DNA from: Marsupella aquatica
Taxonomy: Eukaryota > Plantae > Marchantiophyta
Direction of reading: 5' to 3'
Assembly (NCBI GenBank): GCA_973895155.1
Contig: OZ316893.1
Span: 14,104,645-14,168,644, forward strand
DNA: 64,000 bases
This document shows, piece after piece, positions 12,384-23,852 of this stretch; within the stretch, counting starts at the first letter, position 1; each line of letters begins with the position of its first letter. Under the pieces are notes generated by a model that saw nothing but the letters and a program-made list of their open reading frames with translations, had not been told where the DNA came from and searched no databases. The translations under genes were made by a program, and so were the position numbers.

Positions 12384-13037
12384 TCAAGCTGCGTATTTAG
12401 CAGCCGAGAGGCCAAACCTATTGCCTGCATACACCCCGCAAACAGAGTATGCATCAGGCTTATATAATAGAATATCATTAAACCCTAAACCTCGAAGGCG
12501 ATCCCTTAGACCAAAAACACCCTCAATGTCGGTGAAATTATCAGACCACATACAAATGACATGTTGACCTTGAGGGATCTTTTCCTCTTTGGGAAATCCA
12601 GACTTCAGAGGTTTGGTATGACAGGTGGAAACCTTGGCAACAGTCGCCAGAGAACCCTTCACAATAGCTGCAACAATTTCTGCCCAATGGGTGTCTACAA
12701 CATGATTGGCTGTCAACAAAAATCATCTATTTTCCAGACATGACATTATTGGCAATAGCTAGACTTTCAATATGAGAGTTCTGGAGCCTATTGTGGGATG
12801 TCAGACACAATGATTCCCAAGCCAAATCCAACCCTTTTGTATTGACAAGGCAATCCAATTCCTTGTTAATTTGAGTGAAGGGTGCTAACAGTTAGCCATT
12901 CAATGTACTTGTAGGGAATGGATGATGGCTTCCATTCGTCAAGGAATTCAGAAATGGATTGAAGATCGCTATCAAAGCATACTACATGAGACGACTGCCC
13001 AACATCCATGATTGTGAGCAATGGAATGAATTGACCC
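12384..13037 (-). pseudogene. Bles03/C11orf68 (UPF0696, DUF1917; eIF4E-like fold) domain, MULE cargo, frameshifted
   Basis: Manual three-frame translation of the minus strand gives VVCFDSDLQSISEFLDEWKPSSIPYKYIEWLTVS /fs/ TKGLDLAWESL...IESLAIANNVMSGK*MIFVD /fs/ VVDTHWAEIVAAIVKGSLATVAKVS...QHVICMWSDNFTDIEGVFGLRDRLRGLGFNDILLYKPDAYSVCGVYAGNRFGL. This is colinear with the family motifs I recall (L..Y.PS, W-I-x-V, GL..AWE.L, LA....V.SGKW, W..IA.AV..G, AKVS, VICVYT.DFTD, L.YKPD.Y...GIY..N). Confidence 0.8.
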
Positions 13038-14690
13038 CTGCAAGCACATACCTGAGAATTAATTATACTATTGAAGACTTAATTTGCAATCGACACTTAC
13101 TACTGTAGTAAACAAATTGCAGAGGACCAATAACCGTTTGCAAACACTTACTTGATCAAAGAATGTTGAACCAAGTCTGAAGGCGCACAATCGGTATTTT
13201 CAAAAGGCAGATGTCACCTGAACCACCTTAACAAGAATCCATTTATTTAAGTAAGCATACAGCTACACTCAAAAGCCTACAAAGTACAAAGCTTAGGGAC
13301 AAGACAAGGTAGAAGCAATTTAATTGGAGGTTTGGCTTACGTGATCGAACGTAGCCAGTTTGCGAATTGGCTGTGGCTATTAGCAGAGTATCCCTCGGGT
13401 GAAGCGAAGTGATACAGTTGTTCAGGAAACTGATTGGGATAGCAAACACCTGGCTGCGCAATGTACTTAGGTGCAAACTTGAGTTGGAGGCGATCAGCTC
13501 ATGAAATTCAGCTGCGAACTAGAGGGTGGTTGCAAAAATGAGGTGCGAACTCCCAGCTGAACTACGTACTGCCCTGAACCAGCTGAAGTACGTGCTCAAC
13601 TCATTCTAGCAGCATCGAGCTGCTGAACGACTGCATCGAAGAGCTGCTGAACTCCCTCCTGGCTGAACTGAAGCTGCAATTCAGGGGCTGCTACCGGCCA
13701 TGAGTTGCTGCAAAATAGAGCTGTGATTGACATCTGCAGGCCAAATCTGAACTGCAGCCGAGGGCAATTCGCTGCTGAACTCTGGGCGAAACTGAAGCTG
13801 CAAACATGAGCTGCTGCAAAAAAGAGCTGCGACCTTGAGCAGCGACCTTGACTAGTAAGATTGAGCTGCTTTGGACTTCAGCTGAGATTAGTTGAGACCT
13901 TAAGATGTGACGTTCAGCTGCAAACACCTGCAGCAAAGTTCAGCTGCGAAGGGGGTGGCTTGATCAGCTCCCAAAGTTAGCATTTGTCTTGCAATTTCGA
14001 GCAAACAGACCACAAGGAGAAGCAAACTAAATCGATTCAAATCATCTTCGACATTGGCAAGCAATCATAGCACGAAGGGTGCCGAATGCAGAAAATGGAA
14101 GAACCCTAGTAGAGATGTTCTGTAGCTTACCGCGCTTAATGTCAATGTCACCCTGTGCCTGTTGTTGTAGGAAGGAAAACCAATGTCATGGACGGACTAC
14201 CGGGAGTACCGACGGAAAACCTCCTGGTCCCGGTCACAATACTCGTTACAGGTCACTTTTGCCATAGTGTGCTATACAAGCAAAATTCCGAGTTTACGTT
14301 CTGTCCATGCAGGTTGTGTCTGTCCATCCTGGCGTTTATGCAAAGGTCTATGTCCATCGGGGCTTTAAGTTCGCAAAAAGACACTACAAATTTGAATGAC
14401 AACCACGCCATTTTTTGGCGCAACTATGTATTATAGTTTAGGATTATCATTTATATGTATATAACAAACTATGCACACATCAGAAATTATTCTCATAGTG
14501 CATCCTGTTTGTATTTTTGTGCAGTGTTTCTAGTAGAACAAGATGTAATATGAGGTTCTGTAGTCCTTAATGACTTTTCTTTATAGCAAATTGCGTGTGG
14601 GCAATTCCCCAAACCTATCCCCCATCCCTACCCCTATCTTTACACAAAAAATGCCTAGTGGAATTGAAAATCAATTGTCACAGGCAACTA

Positions 14691-15167
14691 CACTGTTCAC
14701 GGTAATTAGTGTGACTAACACTAATTTGAGAGTGCCCATTCTCAAGGTCTACTTGCGAATTAGTGTTAGTCACACTAATTTTGTGCTGACACTATTTCAT
14801 GTACATGAATTAGTGTTACTATGGTCTTAAGAGTGGCAAAATAGAGAGAAAAAAACTACTTTGAATAATATTGTTGTGGATTTTTCAAAGTAGTTTTTTT
14901 GAATAATATTTGGACTAATATATAGTCCAAATATAATTCAGAATATTTGGACTATATTCAATATTTTTGAATAATATTTGGACTATAATTTTTGAATAAT
15001 ATTTGGACTAAATATTATCCAATTTTTACAAGCAATTAAACTAAAGTGAAAAAAATTTGTTTTGAAAACCGACAAAAATTAGTGTTACTTGGACTCAAAA
15101 ATTAGTGTTACTTGGACTCAAAATCATTTTACCTTACTACGCATAGCACTAATTATGGTGAACAGTG
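14691..15167. mobile_element. Non-autonomous TIR element with CACTG termini and TA flanks (CACTA/EnSpm-like or Tc1/mariner-like MITE)
   Basis: TA|CACTGTTCACGGTAATTAGTG ... CACTAATTATGGTGAACAGTG|TA. Internal subterminal ATTAGTGT(T/G)A repeats and an AATATTTGGACTA array. Confidence 0.75.
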
Positions 15168-15529
15168 TATTTAAATCCAAGGCTCCAAAATTGTCACTAA
15201 TTGTGAAAAATAGAATGTCATATAACTGTGAGAGATTCCTGAAACTCAAAGCTCTGTCACACAAAAATCCTTTGAAAATAGAGTAAACCAAAATTCCAAA
15301 CTATCCCATTCAACTTTGCATGCCAGAAGGGAAACTCTCATTTGATCAAAACTCTAAGCCTAAGTTGCCTCTACTCTTAAAAGTCATAAAACCCAAGTGT
15401 AGCCCCAACCTGTTCGATCAGAGTTCTATTTTGATGCGCAAAATTCAAGAACAATAAATTGAAATGGCAACAACAACCACCTTGAGCCATGTGCTGAAAT
15501 TCTATGTTGTTAAAATGACTTGAAGATCT

Positions 15530-18135
15530 GAGGAGGCCCCCTGGTAGGGGGGGGGGGAGAGCTGGGCGGAGCTTAAGGTGCTGGGTGTGAGGATTGGTTA
15601 CGATGGCTGTGGACCTGCTGTGGGCTATGGTGGAACACTCTATTATCTATGATGATTCTGAATCTGCTTGAACCGCGAGTGGATGTGCTTTAAGGCAAAT
15701 GCGTTGAAGAATTTTTGGCCTAAGAACTAGGATGGGGGGACGGAGCTGTGAGTGCTTAGGTTGGGCAATTTGGAGATTGTCAAGAGCAATCTGTGATCTC
15801 ATTTCTAAATGCTTTGAGCTGCTTTGATGTGCACTGGAATTGGGCTGAGGAAAGCCTTTGGGAGCTAACGTCGGAGCCGGCATCCGATCTATTTCTACGA
15901 CTATTGAATTGGTACTTGGGAAGGCTCTGTATCGTTAAGCACTACAAGATTCACAGGCTTGAGCTGATTGCTAGTATGAGGGGCTTTGAAGGAACGTGCG
16001 GTCAGGGCTGATTAAGTATGGATTACTGATTAAGTTGAAGGATGCCGTGCCGGGCGAATTAGCTTTGCTGTGCTTTTGCTTGATGGGATGGTGCGTGCTA
16101 TTTTCCGGTGCGTCGGACCCATTCTCGGTTTAGTTCAAATTTGATTGGGCTCTTGGAGATCAACATTGCCTTGGCCTGCGCAATGTTGCTTTGCTGTGCT
16201 ACATTGGGCTTTAGACTGATAGCGACGCAATCTCTGCTCTGTTAATGGAGGTAGGGAGCCGGTGGAGGGCAACGCTGTGCTGAGCGGAGGACAGATCAAG
16301 CTGTGAGAGCTTGAAACATGCGCATGGCACTCGGAAGGGTTCTGTTGTTTAGTAATGGGATTCTTCTTAGCGCTGATGGAGCTGTGTGAGCTGTATTGAG
16401 CTATGAGAGATCATGAAGATGGTGGTCGCTGGTCACTCAATGATCAGCTTAGGGTGCTATTTCTTCCGGTTCTGCTTGGGATATTGAGATTTCTTAGTTA
16501 ATGAGGTGCCTACTCTTGATTGTGAGCTTTTGGAAGCCTTAGTTTGGTGCTTTTGGGACTGACAAGGGGAGGCTCTGGTTGAAGAGTAACATCCAATGGG
16601 CCACTATTGTCTTTGTTGCGGTGAAGTTTTCTGTTCTAAGATTGAGTGCAGAATGTAGCGGCGTAGCTTTGCGATCTTGCGAATGGTGCTTGGGGGTTTA
16701 AGTACAGGGAGACGGCTTGTTCTACTGAGTAGTAGGAAAGTTGTTTTGAGGGGATCTTTCTGAAGTTTGAGCTAAGACAGTTTCTGAGCGATCTCTGTTA
16801 CACTAAGAATTTGGGGCTCACATGCGATTCTACTTGGAAAATCTTTTGTTGCCATCGGCTGTGGAGGAAGGCTCAAGTTTGGCTATCATTGTAAATTCAA
16901 TCGAGCTGCAAGTGCTCTTAATGGCGAGATGGAAGCTTTTGCTAGAACGAGGGCCCACTGGGGGGCTGGCGGTGCTGCAATTGTTGAGTGGAGTTGGACA
17001 AAAAGATTGTGTATCTATGGAGGCACTTTGAGGCTGGTTGGTTGTGAGAAGCTGGGCCTCTTGGGGTTTTTTGGATTATGGGGGCACTTTTAAGGTAGCT
17101 TAGGAGTGTCATTGCGTGGACCGAGAGAGTTGTGGACAGCTTTGGATTGCTGGGCAATCTTGACTCTATTTGCTATTGCTGAAGTCAAGTATCAGTCGGC
17201 TGCGGAGAGCATGGATGCGAGTGGTGGAGATGGGGAGCTCGCAATGGAAGAGGATTTTGGCTATTGCTCGTGAGTGTGAGTTTGCTTTTGCTGAAAGAGA
17301 TTGCACTATTGGAAGCGCGCTGTGATCGGGGATTATTCTGGTGCCAATTCTTGATTTGTGCAATGGCGCTTCAGCCTTTTGGTGACGAGATTAATTGGAG
17401 CTCCTGGAGGAGTTGAACAGACTGAGTAGATGGGAGGCGGGCGGGGTGGGAAGTACTAGTGATGGATGTTGTTTTGTCTCTTTCTCTTGGGAGATGCTGG
17501 ATGACTCGGGACAGTGGTTGTGGGAGTCACATACTCCTTCACGGCACGAACCATGGTTCATTCCACAGCAGAGCAGCTTTGCAGCACTATGTGGCATGAA
17601 GTACTCTAAAGCTTGCAGGACAGTTGAGCATGAGTGAGAGAGCTGGTGGTAAGTTGTGGATTGGAGATTGCTAAATGCAACCTCATTGGGTTGACAACGT
17701 GGATTGTAGTCAGGAATGCCCTTGTTCAAAGGGTGCTTACTATTCCTGGTTAGAAATGGAGATTTAGAATTAGGTTATTCTGGTCTATTAGGGCTATGCT
17801 CTTTTGGACGGGCTCTATTGTCTTTAGGTAGGCCCGGTTGGGTCTCTTGCGTTCCTTTACCTGTGGACTTTGCATTGGCAATGGATCCTTAGGGGACTTG
17901 TTGTTGACCTCTGATCTTTGGCCTTAGTGGACGCTTACATTGGCTTTCTACTCTGCTGGCCTGCCCCTTGGTTTTTGGTAGATAGTGGTAGATTTTTTGA
18001 CTTTGAATTGTCCTTTTATGATCCCTTGTACTCCGCCACTTGTGGCTTCTTTTGCCTTTTGGCCTGCTGGGTCCCCCCATCAGTGGGGTTCACGCGGAAT
18101 AAACAATTTAAATTTAAAAAAAATTAAAAATAAAA
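15530..18135 (+). mobile_element. Retroposed non-autonomous non-LTR-type insertion (about 2.6 kb)
   Basis: Perfect 19-bp direct repeat TAAAATGACTTGAAGATCT at 15511-15529 and 18136-18154. The 3' end has AATAAA and an A-rich tail (18098-18135). The same 3' motif (CCTGCTGG..CATCAGTGGGGTTCAC + A-run) recurs at ~56230-56280. No RT or endonuclease motif recognised. Confidence 0.75.
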
Positions 18136-19136
18136 TAAAATGACTTGAAGATCTCTCCCTGCATTTGAGTGTTATTGGCCAATTCTTGGTCTTGATCTTT
18201 CCAAGTTTTTGTAACTATATGCTTCTAGTAGCGGATTGTTATTTTGGGGGACCCCAAAATACCCCAGAGGCAATGTGAAGCAAAATCTCAGCACCCTTTC
18301 CAGTGCCTCTTGTATTTTTAGAAACATCTGTGTCAACAGGGCATTGTGGGCCATGATTTCCCCTCCAAAAAAAACTTTAGCTCAAGTTTGAGGGGCTATT
18401 ATTGCCCATTATTATGTGCTCTTCCACACTAGCTTCTTAGTTCATATTTATCATGTCTTTGCGTCTTCACCTGGGACTACCCCATTGATCTCTGCCTTCT
18501 GGGTAACCTACCTGTGTCTGTCAGTGGGGTGTCTCCAGACCTGGAGGGAGTTAATATTCTCAGATCATGTGGTTACACGAGTTAGCAAACTACGATGCCC
18601 AATGACATTTGTGATATGGTGGGGGCCATTGCCAAGGACTCAGAGTACCATGTTACTATCATGGAGCAAAAACATATGCTTCCCCATTCCCGGAATGGTG
18701 TTCATGACAAGCAGCAGGCTGATCTGATCTATTTTAGGGCCTGAGTTTGTGCCCTTGGAGATTTGACAGTTGCCACTCTTGCTGGCAGGGAGCAATGTCA
18801 GTTGCAGTTGCAACCCATGTACCAGGCCATGCTATACGTAGCCAAAGCAATTATCCTGGCTCAAGGTGGATGCCTTTGCAGGTCCTTACCCAAGGAATCT
18901 ATTGTATCCATTTTCTTTGGAGGTCTTTGGAGCTCTCCACCATAACTTTGACTTGTTCTTATGGGTTTGAGTTGTCTATTGCATTCAGAATGGAGGCCTT
19001 GTCCCCCTGTTTCTTTCCTCACAACTTTCTTTTAATTGGGGTGTCCAATGCACTTTAGCGGTCTCCGGCTCTCTCTATTCTTCATAGAGTTGGTTTTAGG
19101 GCCTCTAGACAGATTCCTCTTTGTGACCCTCCTTTG

Positions 19137-19496
19137 TGTTAGGGTTTACTCTTAGGTCTAGAGTAAGTTACGACTGTACCGTACATAGTTAAGGCTAACC
19201 TTAGTCACAGATTAGGTTAGGTTAGTCATGCTGCATACACACTACCCAAGCGGTGTTTGCTTAATTAGGGAGTGGGAACTTAGGCTCATTATAACAGAGT
19301 GAGTTGAGAAATAAGGAGAACTTGTGTTGTGGATGTTTGGTATGGCCGGTTGGCTTAGAGTGCAATAAAGCTCCTGTGTGTTCACATGGACGTAGCCTCA
19401 TGTGGAGATGAACCACGTATCTCTATGTGTCGATACTTGTGCGTTGGATGGTTGATGGGCTTCGCTTGCCATTGCGATTGTCGTCTATGCTCAACA
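19137..19496 (+). mobile_element. Solo LTR (Copia-type), related to the LTR at 60926-61261
   Basis: Begins TGTTAG and ends CTCAACA. Shares CATGGACGTAGCCTC...GAACCACGTA..TGTGTCGA and the TAGTT(A)AGGCTAAC motif with the PBS-adjacent LTR. Flanks CTTTG and TTTTA may be a decayed 5-bp TSD. Confidence 0.7.
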
Positions 19497-21269
19497 TTTT
19501 ACAAGTTCACTTGGGAGCTTTACTACACTTTTCAGTTTCCTTCCCAATGCAATAGGGTTTTAGTTTACTCTTCTACTTAGTGGACTGTTCGTTCTTTTGT
19601 TGTTGTGGATGACTCATGAACTTGTTGAGCCTCCTTGGCCTTCTTGATGACTGTCTTTCCCTTTAACTTCCTGTTCCCCCATACCATTGGCAGGGTCATG
19701 TTTCCCATAAGAGACTGCAATTTAAAGCTTGTGTATATGTTTCCCATAGGAGACTAAGGTTGGAAGCTTTTGCTGTTTGGCACCGTGATATAGCTGGCCC
19801 ATTGTAAGACAGAACTATTTTAACTTATTCACAATTTTTTGTGTGTGTCTTATTCATGTATTTTTAATATGGCTAGTTTATGAAACACAAGCTATCATAT
19901 CCTATTCAAAATTATTGAAAGAATGATTTTACAAAAGTTAATGAAAAAATGCACACCTTTTTAAAAATGAAGAGTCTAGGTATAGTACTTTTTGGGTGAA
20001 GCAAGTGCATAAATTTATATGGAGTAGTCAATGTACCTCTATAGATACAGTACGGTTTTATGATTTAAAGAGAAGTCTGTATGCTAACTTTGTAAGTTCC
20101 CTTTTAATTTTCTGCTCTATTTGGAAGGGCTCTCGATCTATTTAGGTGACACATGTTGATCCATGGACCATAAACATTGTAAAATTTATAACCAATAGGC
20201 ATATAAGCTGCACTGCAGCAATAGACAAAATACTATAGTCTTTAAAGTATTTAGTCTCAAACAATCTAATTTATGTGGACATATTTATTTGGGCATGCTG
20301 GTAAACATGTATGTGACATTAATAGTGTAGCATACCAATTACCATCATCTGTCAAACAGTGTCACATATTCTTCTTACACACAATTTTTTCCTTGGAACT
20401 TACACACAATTTTTTAATTCAATATTGTACAAGAGTTGGCAATCTTTGTCTCATTCAACATATTTCCTGTGGCCACTTCAAGAAGACATGACAAATTTTG
20501 ACTAGAACCTAGAGTAAGATAATTTGATATCAAAAAATAATGGTTCACACTAGGCTCAGATGGTGAAAGCGATTGAAATGCTTTACTGGGAATTAATATT
20601 AGAATAGCATAAAAGAGTTTGTTAGATATATATAACTCTTGAGCAAAGATATCTTTAGTGTTTTCACAAAAATCATTCTTAGTACAATAGTCAATAATTA
20701 ATCTCTTGCAACCTGTCCCCTGAGTCTCAACCTTGCTAAATGTGCTAGATGTTGCCCTGCTCCAATAGAAGTGGGTTGCCCTGGTTCTTCACTTGGTTCA
20801 GCATTATCTGAAGATGAAGCTCCAAGTTCTCTTGCAAGTGCCACTATTGGTAAGACCTTGCCATCAGTACTATAATCCAGTTTTTTAGTTTGGTAGCAAG
20901 ATAGTCATTGAAAATGACTTACTGCCTGTGGACTCAAGCAAAGAGCAGAGAAGTGAAATAATAGCACTGCAAGACATGAATGCAATATAGGAAAACTAAG
21001 GAGCAAAAACATGTGATGGAGCACATTACCAGACACAGGAGTAGCATTCTGAAGCAATGCTTCTTGTTCTCTCATTCTAGCAAAGCTAGAAACAATAGGT
21101 GAAGTAAATTCAGCCATCTCCCACTCTTCCACAGGTCTGACAGGCCAAACAAAAAACATGAAGAGAAAGCTGAAGTGTATTCTTTTTTTGGTTTGAAAGC
21201 TGAAGTGTACAAAGTATGTTACGGCCAGACTCACCAAAACTGGCCAAGGTTCACTTTAGGTTTCTTGAC

Positions 21270-22060
21270 AACAATATTTTCCCACTCTCAAGAGACCCCT
21301 GTTTGGAGCTTTGTTGTTGGGCACTGTGATATAACTACATATGTTTCCCACAGGAAACCAGTGTATGGAGCTTTTGTTGTCTGGCACCGTGATTATTACA
21401 TATGTTTCCCACAAGAAACAAGAAACCACAGTTTGGAGCTTTTGTTGATATATATGTTTCTCACAGGTGACCTCTGTTTGGAGCTTTTATTGTTTGGCGA
21501 GGTATTTGCTTGATTGACCCCCAAAATGAAACTTGTTACTTGATTGACCCCCTTAGGTCTATCAACGGTCCAGATCTGAGATCGAAAGGTCCATCAACGA
21601 TCCAGATTGGGGAAAAGTATCGAGGGGGTTGATTAAGCAAACTTTTTCCAGAAGGGTGTCTACTAAGCATATCTCTCATTGTTTGGCACTGCAATATCTT
21701 AAGATATGTTACTTATAAAGCCCAAAGGAAGCTACAGTAGAGTTGGGGTCTACTAGGCTTTTAGAGTGAAGACTCTAGACCATACCTGTAGAAAGATGTG
21801 CCTAAATAATGACATGCATGATGACTTTTCATCATTTCATTCCCATGTTTGAAGCTTTTTGTTGGTAGACACTGTGATAGAATTATATGTTTCCCATAGG
21901 AAACCACTATTTGGAGCTTTTGTTGTTTGGCACAGTGATTATATTATATGTTTCCCACTTTTGGAGCTTTGGTTGTTTGGCACAGTGATAAAATTATAAC
22001 TTTTGGAGCTTTTGTTGTTTGGCACCGTGATAAATTATACGTTTCCCACAGGAGACCACA
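21270..22060. repeat. Tandem array of ~50-65 bp units (TTGGAGCTTTTGTTGTTTGGCACNGTGAT...ATGTTTCCCACAGG)
   Basis: About 8 degenerate copies, with 2 further partial copies at ~19697-19792. The array is interrupted by a MITE. Confidence 0.85.
21499..21677. mobile_element. 179-bp MULE-type MITE
   Basis: Perfect 10-bp TSD ATTGTTTGGC (21489-21498 and 21678-21687). Termini GAGGTATTTGCTTGATTGACCCC and GGGTGTCTACTAAGCATATCTCTC are imperfect inverted repeats. Confidence 0.82.
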
Positions 22061-22824
22061 AGCTCAGGTGCCCGTGCAAAAGCTCCAGTCTCAAAATTCT
22101 CCAGCCCGAGAGTCACGGACCTAGCGCGCTGCCCATGCTTGTTGCACCTACCAGTTTGCAATCAAATGCCTCACTCGAGAAAAAGAGAGTCGTGACCCAT
22201 AGAGTTCACTCTAGAAGGTTCACTTTTAGAATTGGATTCGAGATATTAAATGAAATCCAACATGATCTCGTTCGGATTTGCTCAAACTGAATCCAAGCAC
22301 ATTTCCCCACTGGGCTTCGGCTTTGGCGATCGGCACCCTTAATTTACATTGGGAATTCTTGATCCACAGTGACCCCGAATCACGCCTCTATGGAACTTTC
22401 GATCTGCAAAAGATTGTGTAACTTCAGCACAGGACGTGCATCTCAATCCCACTGTCCTGCAATTCACCTACAGTAGCTTTGATGCCAATCCCACATGGCA
22501 ACAGTTTTGATCAAATTTGAAACGGAGTTACCGCAAATAAATTGGATCTTTCATACCATGTGTGATATACGGCCCAGACACCATTCAATGTTCTCAATGA
22601 TGTTGTGTGGGAAATTAAAGGGACGAACATGTGACCACCATTGAGAACATGATAGCTGGACAGAATTTAATCGTAGAGAACATGATTGAATAGATTTATG
22701 GTTGGTGCACTGCCGACCGGAATTTTGTAGCTGTTTTCCATTCGAATAAGATGACTATCAGAGAACCGGCCTTTCAAGAAATTAGCTCAATCCCTGGCGA
22801 AGCAGAGAAATTTTTAAGGCACTT

Positions 22825-22942
22825 GCGAATCGTAAGTCAATCGTACATTCATTGTGATAACGTTGGGTGCACAGAAATGCGAAGCGAATCGTAAGTCAAT
22901 CGTACATTCTTTGTGAGAACGTTGGGTGCACAGAAATGCGAA
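22825..22942. repeat. 59-bp direct tandem duplication upstream of the hydrolase gene
   Basis: GCGAATCGTAAGTCAATCGTACATTC.TTGTGA.AACGTTGGGTGCACAGAAATGCGAA occurs twice. Confidence 0.85.
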
Positions 22943-23852
22943 GTGGGGTTTTTTTAATGAAAACCTTTTTTTTTTTTTTTGCCTTGAAAACCGAAAGTAG
23001 GCCCATCCAACAGAGGATAGACGTCCTGCTTTGGAGCATGCAGTTCTATGTAGGGCAGCCACAAGGGGACAATACCCAAGGATCGGACAGGGACCCAGAC
23101 CACGAGGGAGAGAGGATTAAACCTTTTCATTTGGATCAATTTTCGACCAGCTGTCGAAACTAGATCAAAGCATGGCAAGTAGGTGCTGACGGACGCCCCT
23201 TCTGAGTTCTGACGGTGTAGGACCTGTCTTAAGCGTCAGGGACGTTATCGCTATATCACCAGCAAATCTCCAGAAGGCACCAAACTGTGGTACTCTGTTT
23301 CTTTTGTTCGTTTGCATAGTGGCAACGGGAATCCAGTTGGAGGAGACCTGGAATCCAACCATCCATGCAAAAAGTCTATCAGCGCCATTAATTCTCTGAC
23401 GTTGTTTTGTCACAATCTTACCTGGCTTCAAGATTCAACACCTACCGCTCGTTTCATAGTTCAAGGGCTACCCTAGGCCCTAGCTCAGTAACGATCCGAT
23501 GCCAAAAGACATTGTTCTCCAGCCACCTTCCGCAAAAACCTGCCCAATAACCTCCACATGTAAATGACGTGGATGTCGCGCAGGAGCTCACTCTTGCATC
23601 CACGCAAGCCAGACATGTACATTCGCTTTCCGTGTCGAGTAAAACCCGTGAAAACAGGCCATGTGGATACCCCGGGAAGGAATGTCTTGGTTTTGTGGGA
23701 TTGCTTGGGCCCCATCGACCTGCACACCCCAGTCTTCAGCAATTTTACGACAAGAGGAATTGTATCGCCAAGTTTACTGAAGGAATTGTTTTGAGGTACA
23801 TGCTGAGCCGAGCTTACCGTCGAGTGACGGAACGCTTCACTCGGGCGAGACG

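Larger units (their letters stand above)
6782..14372 (+). mobile_element. Mutator-like element (MULE), full length, decayed autonomous-type, with convergent accessory genes
   Basis: Left end GAACTTAAAGCCCCGATGGACACAGACCTTTGCAT... (6782) is the reverse complement of the right end ...ATGCAAAGGTCTATGTCCATCGGGGCTTTAAGTTC (14372), a TIR of about 55 bp. Flanks GCAAAAAGAT (6772-6781) and GCAAAAAGAC (14373-14382) form a 10-bp TSD with 1 mismatch. A MuDRA-type transposase lies inside. Confidence 0.93.

Noticed and set aside
21270-22060. Regularly spaced repeats resembling a CRISPR array
   Set aside because: The intervening sequence is itself repeated and degenerate, so there are no unique spacers. 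The context is eukaryotic and no cas genes are present.
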